IMG/VR virus record: IMGVR_UViG_3300002219_000003
Location: 17,499 to 81,498 of that record
DNA: 64,000 bases
Direction: 5' to 3' (one strand)
Origin: a virus
The position numbers and the translations under genes are program-made. This document shows, in pieces, positions 29,101 through 41,300 of the stretch (positions are counted from its first letter, which is position 1; the number at the start of each line of letters is the position of its first letter). Under the pieces are notes generated by a model. It saw only the letters and a list, made by a program, of their open reading frames with translations, made no database searches and was not told the origin of the DNA.

Positions 29101-31055
29101 GAAATAATCCTTCAGAATCACAGAGTACTATAAGTTCTTCTATAGGTAAATCTCTCTGGGAATCTGCTAAAAGTCCTTATTCTATAAGATTAGCTTACCG
29201 TGCAACTAACTTTATATTTGTAGAAGGTAAACCTTACACTGTAAAGGGACAGGAGAATATCCCTCAACAGTATATAGACTTGGCAGATTGGACTTCCTTT
29301 CCTATAGGTACTCAGGTAGAATTTAGACCAGATACTGAGTATCAAGGAAAAGGGTATGTATATGAGAATGGAAAAAGATTAAAGGATAGTAATGGGAAAT
29401 ACATAGAAAAAGAGGAAAACTTTAATAGTTTTATAAAAGAGGGAACTGTAGATCATAGAAATATTCCTATAAAGGTAATGGCAAAATATCCTGATGGAAT
29501 AGAGGTTACAATAGGGTATCTACCTACTATGAATTTTATTACAGAATTAGATAACTATAATAACTATAAAAATCTTTTAACTGTAAATAGAAGTGAAAGA
29601 GATATACAAAAAGAAATAAACAGGTTAGAAGATTTAAGGTATAATGTAATTAATTCCAAAAAACCAGTAGTTGCCACTATAGATAAAACACCTGGTCATA
29701 TCCTGGTTTACCATGAGAAGGATAGTAGTGGTAATATGAGAACAGTAACAGGTACCATATCAGAGTTACTACCAGGTTTAATAGGTGAGGATGTTCTAAA
29801 AACTTACTATGGTACAGACTTATATCCAGTTACTATCTATAGGAATGGTGCATTTATAATGGCTAATGGTCAGGGTAATAGAAGTTTTCCTAAAGAAAAA
29901 ATATCTGGAGAAAATCTTGATGATATAAGGAATTTAAAGAATGGAATGGTTGTTCTAATGCTCCCATCTGCTGTTCCTGGTAAATTTGTACTCACAACAA
30001 GTTACTCAAAGCATATGGAAAAAAAACTTGCTGGAGGATTAACTGAAGCAGTAAGAGCAGGAATATTGGCAAATTCCCATCCAGAAAAACTAACCCAAGA
30101 ACATAAAGAACTGATAGATGCTTTACGTAAGGAAGGCTATGATATAACTAAGCGGGCAGGATTAAAAAGGTATTTACAGGAATTTATATATGTGGCTGAT
30201 ACAGGTACTAGCATAAGAACATCCAGTACTATAATAGCATTTGATCCTTCCAGTAGTAATATGGAAATATATTCTGGAGGAACTGTTAGTAAGTTTAGTT
30301 TAAATAATTATAATGAGATAGATAAAAATTTATTAAAAATAAGAGAAGCATTGCAGAAAGTTCTGGTTGGAGTAAGAGTACATAAAATTGAACTGAAAGA
30401 TATTACTATACCTGAATCTTTAGAAGATGGAAAAGTAAAATTCCAATCATACAACTACATGCAGTTTATGTTTGACCATTTGCAAACTGTTGCTAATGAA
30501 ATAAAGAATTCAAAAGGTTTTCCTGTATATACTGTACAACCTACCATAATATTCAGTAATATTACTACTGGAGAAAATATTAAACAATCAGCAGAAAGTA
30601 AAGTAGTAGAAACAATAGTTGAAAAGGATACAGAGGTTAAACCTGCAAAAACTGAAAAGACAGATATAGATAGTTTTCTTGATAGTAATACTCCTCCCGA
30701 TGCTTTTAGTGATAATAAATTTGAAGGGGAGACAGAAGGTAGTCCAGATATAACCATTGAAATAGATGAATCTATCCAGGAAACCATAGAAAATGTTCTT
30801 ATGGAGAAAGGAGTAATAAGTAAAGATTTTAAGAACAAGAAGGATAATAAACTAAATGATGAAGGGGTTATATGTGCTGAAAGAGGAATAACTACTACTG
30901 TTAAAGGTACAAACTGGAAGATAGTTAAGGACTTTGAAGGACAACTTAAGCATAGTCAGGGAGGAGTTGATATTACAATATCAGATAGAGGTGTTAGTAT
31001 GAGAAGGGGAGGTAAGGATATTAAGGTTGCGCATGGACTATTAATACTAAAATAA
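26178..31055 (+). CDS. Large internal virion protein (RNAP-associated cargo)
   Basis: 1625 aa; EGLEEVINE motif, hydrophobic G/A-rich N-region, acidic linker; upstream of vRNAP. Confidence 0.7.
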   Translation: MQEYEEYENYPGEEIPITYSGRKLSKQDIKNIRLAKAIQLEKQYASSFPAFRPNYYPYLDEEGKVDLSKVSRYDKGAPPMDLYGYYDINKYRAYQQTALEQFGSFLNQAVIGEAVGGTIQAVGSVLALPEVLQGDFDIDNPVYKIGKSLVEWSREATPIYQTGKRFADPGYWFQGMVSAASTASFLIPGGVAYKGIKGLGKLAGLSRTTSEMLGVGASSLMSRHVEGLRESNDLYDRNVEKLNYIWRTGAFPEDAKSKNPELYRLYTEKQRLLQELEVKYDEQGLPVQEPVPNVNTNEIKAIDDKAQSLINIYSNIGARTTYLMDYTNLIFDVIQMGALVKISQKLTRPISKSIPTKLLETEKGVIGMKEIAERSIPKNWWGKTFSTAYRVGEDIFPQVSEGLEEVINEIASAEGERTTDLVSGIAVDDGSTFGERVFDYLGRPETMDAFIFGTLGGVAFQSIGHMVGFGGDKDIVNRKIAETISRDKSLKKVAADISEVVTDSKLSEEAKKSKIQNLAYRTGFEMGINASLNNNMDRVEKHLKSQGLIKDLVSLKMGDEETVSSIVSTIWEGAKAAETNFSRYFSIVRERRLSDSGKISLATDLASLHDHVIRMGKERNSIIGKINEFENENKDIFGEMSPLEKLMVKELSINIALKEVQEHGKDITVSEDVHTLHSEMEKYLKDELFNVAEQIRTFEVKLSEDLGSKKTKEGIEQVRESFNNVLKKGLAEYTSVYYLLAANEQVYRNKLAELLKEENQKKYAEDFEKKVKEQKEQQAEAVKQHKYNKNKEKVKSTATGAKIATVEETEEASKTEGVTEGTPKEVSEEELSQKEVPTEEIPKEKAKKEGTERVEETEETTSEVGEEEVKEIVKDLPDGVIEKSPYEIIGNRVFKNGKKVENPNKLFTTSEIVLDDLIKDYLDKKIPLEDYLRLSEKGISDAKDRYVANSKIKKESENLKNEYTEKEQSDSELSGNNPSESQSTISSSIGKSLWESAKSPYSIRLAYRATNFIFVEGKPYTVKGQENIPQQYIDLADWTSFPIGTQVEFRPDTEYQGKGYVYENGKRLKDSNGKYIEKEENFNSFIKEGTVDHRNIPIKVMAKYPDGIEVTIGYLPTMNFITELDNYNNYKNLLTVNRSERDIQKEINRLEDLRYNVINSKKPVVATIDKTPGHILVYHEKDSSGNMRTVTGTISELLPGLIGEDVLKTYYGTDLYPVTIYRNGAFIMANGQGNRSFPKEKISGENLDDIRNLKNGMVVLMLPSAVPGKFVLTTSYSKHMEKKLAGGLTEAVRAGILANSHPEKLTQEHKELIDALRKEGYDITKRAGLKRYLQEFIYVADTGTSIRTSSTIIAFDPSSSNMEIYSGGTVSKFSLNNYNEIDKNLLKIREALQKVLVGVRVHKIELKDITIPESLEDGKVKFQSYNYMQFMFDHLQTVANEIKNSKGFPVYTVQPTIIFSNITTGENIKQSAESKVVETIVEKDTEVKPAKTEKTDIDSFLDSNTPPDAFSDNKFEGETEGSPDITIEIDESIQETIENVLMEKGVISKDFKNKKDNKLNDEGVICAERGITTTVKGTNWKIVKDFEGQLKHSQGGVDITISDRGVSMRRGGKDIKVAHGLLILK

Positions 31056-31057
31056 CT

Positions 31058-32242
31058 ATGAAAAAAGTTAACATAGAAGTGGAGGGAGGAGAACTCCTCA
31101 TAAAATCTAAAGAAGGCTTTTATGCCATAGTTCCATCTAAAGATAGACAGAAAGTAAGGAATATGGTTAAGGGAAGATGTGATGATTGTATTAATAATTA
31201 CATACAAACATTACCCAGATATACTGACTATGCTGAGGATGGTACAGTAATAGTTGGAGAGAAAAGTAAAACAACTACTCCTCCTGATACTCCCATTATA
31301 AAAACTTTGTCCAAGGATAATAGAATGCCTATTATTGTTTATGATGAGAAGAAAGCAAAAGATATGAAGTTTGAAGGGGGTAATTTTTATATTCCCTATC
31401 ATGCCACAAAAAAGTTCATTGACTTAGGATATAGTTATGAGGACATATTTAGTGCTGTAATGGCTGATAGGGATGTATATAAGGATTACTACCAGTCAAG
31501 ATTTAACTATGCCTTTGATAAAACCTTAAGACCAGCCATTAAAGCAGCCAAAGAAAAGTATAGTAATATTGATCTTTCAAGAGGTAGTATTACCAGTACA
31601 GATGAAATGCTATATAAGTATGATCCATATATTGAACAGCAGTATAATGCTCAAACAATGGAAGATAAGAAAAAAAATATTGAGGCTAATATGGCTAAAT
31701 ACCAGGAACTCTTTCTGGAAAAAGAACATCCAATATTTACAAATAATCCAGAAGCAGCAGATTTACTTTTTGGTTCCAGAGATAAACTTGAAAAGATATA
31801 CTATAGTACTGAAGGAAGGGGTACAGAATCAGATGCTTTTGGAATAAGAAGTATGTCATTTGTTGATAATCCAGAGAAAGAAGCTAATATTAATGTGATC
31901 TATAAGGACAGTAGATATATAGGTACTCCACTGGTTAATACAGATATTATAAGGAACATATATAAATTACAGTATGATCCTAGTAAAGATGATATTTACT
32001 ATAAAATCACTGGATTTGACTTGAATGATACTTATGCTACTGCAAAAAAAGATGTTATCAATAGTGAAAAACCTGGTTTTTTCTGGATTGATGATAAAGA
32101 TTACAGAAAGCAGATTGTAAATAGTACTGAGGAAATACTTAAAAATGCTAGAAGTAAGTATGAGGAGAATATTAGTAAAGAACCCCATAAGTATCTTCCT
32201 ATAAGTAAGATAAAAGAAATTAATCCTGAACTATTTGAGTAG
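31058..32242 (+). CDS. Cargo-cluster protein starting with EVEGGE module
   Basis: 394 aa; MKKVNIEVEGGE...YAEDG. Confidence 0.6.
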   Translation: MKKVNIEVEGGELLIKSKEGFYAIVPSKDRQKVRNMVKGRCDDCINNYIQTLPRYTDYAEDGTVIVGEKSKTTTPPDTPIIKTLSKDNRMPIIVYDEKKAKDMKFEGGNFYIPYHATKKFIDLGYSYEDIFSAVMADRDVYKDYYQSRFNYAFDKTLRPAIKAAKEKYSNIDLSRGSITSTDEMLYKYDPYIEQQYNAQTMEDKKKNIEANMAKYQELFLEKEHPIFTNNPEAADLLFGSRDKLEKIYYSTEGRGTESDAFGIRSMSFVDNPEKEANINVIYKDSRYIGTPLVNTDIIRNIYKLQYDPSKDDIYYKITGFDLNDTYATAKKDVINSEKPGFFWIDDKDYRKQIVNSTEEILKNARSKYEENISKEPHKYLPISKIKEINPELFE

Positions 32243-32266
32243 CAACTAATAAAAGTAAGACTATAA

Positions 32267-32298
32267 TTTGTATTTTCAACTATGTTTTTTTATCTTTG
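32267..32298 (+). promoter_or_regulatory. Consensus Bacteroidetes sigma-A promoter for the vRNAP gene
   Basis: TTTG(32267-70)-N20-TATCTTTG(32291-98). Confidence 0.7.
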
Positions 32299-32328
32299 CA
32301 TTGCAAATATGTATAATAATAAACCACC

Positions 32329-35300
32329 ATGGAGTGTTTACCAGTAAGAGAAAGAGTTAGAAAGGCAGGAGCAATTTTACTTAAAAGCCCCAATTTTACC
32401 TTAAAGGTAAAGACGTTTTATGATAATCATCCTACAGTAAAATATCTTGGAGATCTAGAGATGTTCCAGGAGTATGCTGCAGCAGTAGCAGTAGGATACT
32501 ATGAGAATAAGAACAGTAACAGCAGTATTACTGTAGATAAGAAAATAGACAGGGAATTTATAGAATCTATAGATCTTGAAAAACAGATAGATCTTAACAA
32601 GTATAGAACTTACTCAAGTATAGTACTTAAAAACCTACTAGAAAGACCCACCCCTTTAGGATTAAAAGATTCTTCAGGGAAAACTTACTATCCAGTAAAA
32701 GGTAATGAGTGGCTATATACACGCTATGGTATTATAGATAGTAATGGAAAACTAAAGAAGTACTCCTACCCTGTTGCTTTAAGAATGGTGGAAAAGTTAA
32801 ATAGTAGTACTAATTACAGGTGGGGAGTAAAAGGATTAACACAGGAAGATTACACAGTAGTAGTAATTGGAACTAGGGAGAACTTAGAAAGACAAGATTA
32901 CTATGATATTGCCTTAGAGGAACCCCAATTTTTGGATGATAGGCAAAAGGAGGATTTAAAAAGTTCCATAGAAGATTTTTTAATTAAGGATGGTGACTAT
33001 GTTATTCCTGCCTATAAGCAAAAAGAAATTGTTAATAGTATAGGGGCAATAGTATACTCATCCTTACTAAGTTTTTCCTCAGAGAGAAGAATTCCTGTAA
33101 GTACTGCATTTAAACAAGCTAGAAATAAAATAGAAGAAGTTAAAGAGTACTATGAAAAGATACTGGAGGCAACACAGAGTTCAGATAGTATATTTCAGGA
33201 ATTAAAAAATAAACTGTTAGAAAGGAATAGGATATCTGAGTATAATGCTCTTAGCAGTTTTGAGAATATCAAACAGCTGGAAGAAGTACTATTTGATATA
33301 AATACCTTACTAAAGGAAAATGTTTGGGTACAGGTAGAAAAACATGTAAAGAGAAGTTTACAGAAACTAGGTATTATTATAAAGAAAGATACAGTAGAGA
33401 ATAGTGAACAAACTGTTGATATGGATGATACAGAAGATTTAGATTCTGTAGAATCAGTACTGGAAGGTGATTTTAGTAATGAGAAGAACTATAATCTTGA
33501 ATCTTTTCATCTGGATCCTAGGAATACTACCACCATTAATGTAAAACTATTTCTATCCCAAATACCTGCTGGAAAAACTTCCTACTTGGGTATTTCCCTA
33601 TACCTACCTTTTGATACAGTATTTGATGAGCTAAAAAGACTTTTAAATAAGGTAACCCCAGATATTGATTCCTATATAAGTACTCTAGAAGAATTAGGGG
33701 ATAGTGGAAAACCATATCTTAAATTTATTGCAGATAAGCTGAAAGATCCTAAAGTTTCAGTACAATTTAAAAATCAGTTTGTAACTGCAATGAATGTTCA
33801 GGAGAATGATTATACCTTACTACTATGGAGCGTTAGTAGTAGTGGACAGTATACTGCAAAAATAATAAATGCTAATAGAAATAGTGCCTATATAAGGGTT
33901 TTAGAGGAATGGAATGAGCAACTCAAGGATAGTAGTATTGCCATTAATAGGGAAGGAAGGATAATACTGGATACAGGAAGATTGATAGAACTAAAAAATA
34001 GGATGATCAATCTTCAGGGAAAAGAAAAGACTTCCAAGGAGGAGTATAGTAGTCTTATGTATGAGTTGCTTGAGGCAATAGGTATTTCTACCAATAAGAC
34101 CCTAAATAAAATACTACTACAGGATGATTACAGTACTTTTGGAAATAAGGTAAGACTATCAGGTAACTTTAAAAGCCAATTCCACTTTACCAAGCAGGGG
34201 TATCCGCTAGGAGCATATTCAGCATTGGCTGATTCACTAATCAAGGTTAGTAGAGAACTGGAAAAACCTGAAAATGAAAAGTTAACTTTGGATGATATTA
34301 ACCCTTACATAAAAGGGGGGCTAACTCATGGATATATCATTTCTTTGGCAAGACTGTTTGCCCAGTACTCTGAGGTATTATCCTCATCCTCATACAGGGG
34401 ATCTGATGGTAAGATAAGGTATGTTTACTCATTCCATACTCCTGTAACCAATAGAATAAGAAAACTTAATGATCCTAACAGTAACCTTAAAGATGTATTA
34501 GGTAGTATACCTTTTTCTAAAAAGGCATTCTGGTTAAGGAATGAGTATAAACATCTTCCCATTGAGGTAACTGAATTTGATGCTATGAAGGAAGAGCATA
34601 ATAGAAATGCTTTCCCTAAGGAAAGAACCAACATGGAAAGAATAGAGCATGATTTCTTTACTGCTAATCTATTCTTTGGTTCAATGGAAAAAGATAGAAG
34701 TTTTTACATATCAACAACTCTGTCTGATAGAAAGAGAAGTTATATATTCGTTGCTCCAAAATTAACCATAAGGATTAATCCTAATGGAATCATACTTGAT
34801 GAAAAAAATCAAATCACCATAACCAATGATATAGTAACAGAGAATACAAAGGAGTATATATATGATATAGTGGAATCTGAACTTTCCAGAATGAGAACCT
34901 TGGTTGAACTTAAAGAAAAAGCAATTCAAGGTGCTACAAATGAACAGGAAAGAAAGAAGGCATTACAGGAACTAAAGGATGACTTAGGAGAACAATTCTA
35001 TGAAGGGGCTAATTACTTTTACCTTTACCCAAGGCTAAATAAATTCATATATGATTCAGAAGGCAACTTTTTGGTGGATAAAATAAATGATCCAGATGCT
35101 ATTACCAAAATGAAAGGAGCAGCATTTGAGTATATTGTGGATGAAATAAATAATACTATTAAAAATTGGATTGATGAGGGGTTGCTTAAAATAACTAGTA
35201 ATGTAAAGACAGGAAAAATATCCTGCTCATCAATAGTAAGTAGTAACTACCTCAACATCATGGAGGGAGATGATCTACAGAAGACAGTAGGAGCAATTAC

Positions 35301-38300
35301 CAATATGGTAATAAACTACCACCTAACAAATGCAAGTACCATCCAACTATTATATGGTGATCCTGCGTTAGCCTATAATCCACATAAATTTAACTCCTTA
35401 CCAATTCCTGAAAAGGTTAAATCTACAATGGATGAATATCAGAAAAGAGGGGCTAAAGATGGTGCACCAGGAGAGTTAGGTAATACTAACTGGACAATAC
35501 AAAAAGGGGATAAAATATATAAAGGGTCTAATTATTACAAGGTAGCATTCATAAAGGATGATAACCATGGTACTCTAACTCCAGGACTTATTTCAGAAAT
35601 TGAGGCTTACAGTAAGAAGTTGAATAGAACAGATTCCCAGGAGTTAACCACTGTTCTGGAGCATATCAATGTTTTGATGAACTATGGGAAGATTTCTGAA
35701 AAGGTATATACCAGTATTAGGGAAAAGATAGAAAAGGCTGGACCTGGTGGATACTATAAACTCACAGAGGAAGAACTATCTGCTTTAGAGGAACCTGTAA
35801 TACTACAACCCCAAAAACCCGTTCAGATTGACTATATACAGGAAGGAGCATTTGAAAGGATATACTATATTAAGACATCCTCTTTCCCCTTAATACCTGA
35901 ATTAACTGCTAACAAGGACATAGATAAACTTCGTATTGCCATGGAAAAAAAGGGGGTAGATAGGGCAGTTTTTATTACTGGAGTTAAACTGGGTGCTAAT
36001 AATGTAGTAGAGATATTTAATTCAGATGGAACCATTAAGGATGATATAGATTTTAAGGATAAAGAAATCCACACTTTAAATAGAGAAAATTTTTACATTC
36101 AACAGGATATTCCATATAGGGAAGATAAGGATGAAATCACTGTTTCAAGTCAGATGGATAGACTAATAGTGGATGCCCTGGAAGGAATGATAAACTTTAA
36201 ACTAAAAGGGATATCCACCATGGGTAATACCATGTCTGGAGATGAACTATTAAAACTAAAAGAATCTGCTAAGATTCAACTGGAAAAACTTGAAAAGGAA
36301 AATTTATACTCAGAACTGGGTATTAAAATTACCTATGATGATGAGTTAGGTACTTATAGGGTAGAGTATAAAGACTTAAATAAATTATCGGAAAAATTAA
36401 TAGAATTTGCTAAGGAAGAAAGGGGGTGGGATGCAAATGATTTGGCTGCTCTTAAAGTAAAGGATGGTAAATTCATACTATCCCCAGGATTAGGAAATGC
36501 CTATGAGAAGATAGAGTCTCTGATAAATTCTCTTATGACTAAAACTGTAAGAATACATATTCATGGAACATCCTCTGTACAGGGATCTTCTTCAGGATTT
36601 AGAAATCCTAATGTAAAGAGTATAGATGAGTTAAGCAGTGATGGTAGGGATGGAATAGTATGGGTTAAGAATAGTAGAAATGAATTTGATCCATCAAAAG
36701 AATTAAAGTTTATTATCAATGAAAATGGTAATATTACCTATGCTCAAATACTACTTCCCTGGAGATTTAAGGCTTCACTAAAAGATTTTATAGATCCCCC
36801 AACAAATACTATTGATCTTTCAAATGGAAAAATAGATCCTGAACTACTAAGGATAGTAAGTTTCCGCTTACCTAATCAGGGTTATAGTTCACAGCTAGTA
36901 ATGGAAATAGTAGGATTTTTACCAAAGCAGGTAGGGGATTTAGCCATTGTACCTGGGGAAATAACTGAACAGATGGGTTCAGATTTTGATGTGGATAAAC
37001 TGTATTCCTATATATACAATCATCTGGTAAATGAAAATGGAAAGTTAGTTAAAATACCAGAATTTATAGAGCAGGATGGTAGTTACTCTGAGAGAAAGGC
37101 TACCGTATGGTTAAGAGAGAATTTTCCTACTAAATTTGAGAATCTAGAAAGGGCTAGAAAATTAGCCAGTAAACTTCAGGAGGCATCTGGTGTAAGTGCT
37201 AGGTTACTAGAACTGTTTGATGAAAATGTAGAAGCAGACTATGAAAGGATAACCCCTCAGGATAGGAAGGTATTAGATCAGTTAGGATTTACTCTGGAAG
37301 ATATTAAACTTCCCAGTAGAGGAAAAATAAAGAAAATGTCTCTCCAAAATCTTTACATTGCAATTCATGAGACCATTTTAAGTGATCCAAGAATAGTAGA
37401 ACAGATGGTTATTCCTCTTGAAACAAAAGATTTACAGCAAACTGCAGAGGATATAATAAAGCATAAACCTACTACAGGTATAGATATTTGGGGAGAATCA
37501 TATCTATCAAGAAACAGACAGTTTAATGATTACATAAAGCAAAGGGATGGTAAAGCAGGAATAGCTTTCTATGCTAGAGCAGGAACAGGAACCTCTGTAG
37601 CAAGCCATCAAAATTTACATCTGATAAATGCAGAAGGGGATCCTGTAACCTTTGGATTTTTTGCAGATGATGATGGTAATATTCTAAGGCTAGGTAAACT
37701 GTCAGGAAGGGGGGAATCCTTCTTTAAAGGAGAAAGAAGAACAGGGCTTAAAAATATAATTACCTTACAGAGTGGAGCAGTAGATAATGCTAAGAATCCT
37801 GTTCTTTCTAAAAATAACTTAAACTATAATACCTTTAGTGCTTCCTTAGCTCTTACTGTACTAACCACTGATGATGGAAAAGGACTGGATTTAAGGTATA
37901 CTTCCTACTTTCTGAATCAGCCTATTATACTTGAATTTTTAAGAGAGTATGAGAAGAATACCAATAGTATAGGAGAAAGTTTTATTAGTAGTGCTACTGG
38001 TAGAAATATAACCTATGAGTACTTGGTAGATAGGTATTCCAGTAAGATAAGAGATACATATCCAGATTGGGATATAACTAAACTAGATGTTTATAGCAGT
38101 GGATTTACTCCTAAACAACTACTATCTTTTATGGAAAATCCTAATGAAAATTCATTAGAATATCTGGAATCTCAAATTAAAATACTAAGTATATTTAGGA
38201 CATTAGATTCTATAGGACAAGAATTAATGGACTTGTATAAACTACTGGGAATTAGTAGTAAAGGAATACCAATGAACTACTGGAAATTACAGGATATGAT

Positions 38301-41300
38301 TAATTCCCATGAGAGATTCTTAAAAGGCTTTTCTTCTTTTACAGGAGCAATTGAGGTACTAAATACTCCTCAGACTAAACATACCATAGATACTCTCTAT
38401 GAGAATAAAGCATTGCTTGAAAGTCTATTTCCTGTAAATACTACTATTGTAAGAGAAACTATAAGTAATGTAGAAAAACTATCCAGAACTCCACTAACCT
38501 CAGAAGTTAAAAGAGAGATATGGCTGTCTATAAGATCCTATATATACTCCAATCTAGAACTATTCGGGATAACTGAAGATTTTAAAAGAGATCTTCTTAT
38601 AGGAGATAATAGTTTAGTTAATAGGGTTAGAAGGTTCATGGAAACAGAGGAAAGTAAAAAATTTACATTACTTAAAGTATTAGAATTTAAGAGATCTGCC
38701 GATAGGTCATTACCAGATTTAGTACTTTATAGAGCATCCTCATCAGAAAGGGTTGATGAGTATGAGAAGGTAAAGTACTTTATTGACATGTTAATTAGTG
38801 ACAATCCTACTGCTGTAGGAATAGCCAGGGATTTGGTGATTTATGCTTACATCACTGGGGGTAATCAGGAAGCTTTGCAGTTTGTAAAGTTTATACCTGT
38901 TGAATATCTAAGAACAATAGGATTTGGAGATAAGGTGATTGACATATTCAGTAAACAGATGGATGAAAATACTTTCTCCCTTTTCTCTGAGACTATTCTT
39001 GAACAATATCTACAGCATAACCCTGCAAGGGCATTCAGACTTAGTGATAAAAATCCTAACCTGATATATAATGGAAAAACTGGAATACTAAGAGTTGATA
39101 CTTCAAGTACTGAAATTGGAGAACAGGAATCTGCTCCCTATGTAACCTTTTATGATAGAAGGTCAAGAAGTAGAAAGTTACTTAAACTGTTAAAGATAGA
39201 AGCAGATACAGCAATATATAAAGAAATACCCTTACTAGGAGGTACAGGAAAAGACTATAATACCATAAATGAGTATAGATATGGAACTTTTAATAGAAGG
39301 TCCCTATTTCCATATAATAACCCTTCCTTTGAAAAGACAACTTCACCAGATGATATTACCAACAGCCCTTCTATTAACACAACAAAAACCATACTACAAT
39401 CTTCCATGAATAGAATGATTGGAGAACTGAAAAATACAAATTCTGTTGATATAGAAGAATTCTTTAAGAAACTGGAAGATATATCTAAATTACCCTCTAA
39501 GGAGATACTACAACATCTTGAGGACCTAGTAGAAGTCCCAAGGTTTAAGGCTATTATGAGGATAGTTTCAGCAAATTCAAGTATTCTAAAGAATTTAACC
39601 GTAAAGATAGTACCCAAAATTTCTTATAGGAACAGAACGCCTCTTGGATTGTACTCAGAAAATACTATTTCCTTAGCAAAAGATACTATTATTGAAAGAT
39701 CAAATAGGGTAAAAGTATCACCAAAACAGGTTACTGAAAAAGTTTTAGCACATGAGATGGTACATGCTGTGGTAACAAAACACTATGAGATATATAAGAA
39801 TAACCCACAGTCCCCTTTACTATCTGAGAAGGTAAGAAATAACCTTAGCAGTATTGATAAGATACGAAGGGAAAGTTTAAAGAAACTATCTAAGGAAGAG
39901 ATAGGAAAGATAAAGCAGATAGCACAGGGAAAAACAGAAGGAATATCCCCTGCTGAATTAAGCAAACTGTATGGGTTTATAAATGGTAATGAATTTATTG
40001 CTGAAGCACTTACAAACAGGAATTTTCAAGAGAAACTAAATAGTATAAGGTTAGATGATGGGACTGTTTTAGAAAGATTTATAAAAGAAATTATAGAACT
40101 ATTCAAGGAAATAGCAAAGGTAATAGGTATAGATGTTAAAACAGGAAGTGCTTTAGAGGCAACTCTAGTAGAAACATTAGATTTAGTACATAACATTGAA
40201 GAAACTATTGAAGAAACTGCTACATCAATATTAATAGAAACGTATAATTTTAAATGGGCAAAAACTTCTAAAAATTCTTATGAAGTGTCTTCAGCAGGTG
40301 ATAAAAGATTTAGTGCATTATTTGCTAAGTTGAAGGATGGAAGAACTATTGAAGAAGCATATCAGTTAGATATTAAAGGATATAGAAATAAAGGTAATGA
40401 TTGGCGGTTAGGTAAAGGTAGACCCCCACTAGTAAATATATCAAGAGAGCAACTTTGGAATGAGTATAAAAAATTATGGGAACAGTACCTTAATGAGAAT
40501 CCTGAATTAGAACAAGATTTGTTACAAAAAGCAAAGGGAAGAGTCTTAACTGATAAGTTTGCATCAACTGATGTATCACAAGCAAGAGCATTAGCTGAAT
40601 TGTTAAATGAGAGACATAATAAGAGAAGTATTACAGAAAAATCAATCCAAGATATTAAAGAAGAATCTAGAATAGAAGAAACTACAAAAGGAACAACTTC
40701 TGAAGATATGACTGCATATGAAGATATAGCAGTAGAAGAACCTTATGAGGAGAGTTTTGGACAAACTCCTGAAGAGTTTATTAACCTAACAACCATACCA
40801 GCCTCTAACACATTGTTAAGTAACCTAAAATCACAAATAGAACTAAAATATAAAACAGTAAATAATCTTATCATTCAGGCTAGAGAAGAGGTAAAAAAGG
40901 GTAATGAAGAAAAAGCTACAGATATTAAGGGTAGAATACAAAAAGTTTACCTTGAAATTAGTAATCTGAAAAAGTATATCAATACTTTTAAGTCTGATAT
41001 TAACATAGATAAACTAATGGAGTTGGCTTCTAATCAGCTAATCTGGGTAGAATCCTTGGTAGATAAAGAGAATATACTACCTTCAGAAATAATTGAGGCT
41101 TTTCGTATTATTGAAACCTGGGAGGGTATAGAGGATATTATATTTGGGGAAGAATTACATAAACCTGATATGGAGATATCCCCTACAGTACGAAATAAGA
41201 TAAATGCCATTAAATCTAGAATAAATAGTAAGGACTTAAATCGTAAACTATTTGATATTAATGCTACCTTTCTATCAAAAATCTCAGAGTACAATAGTAT

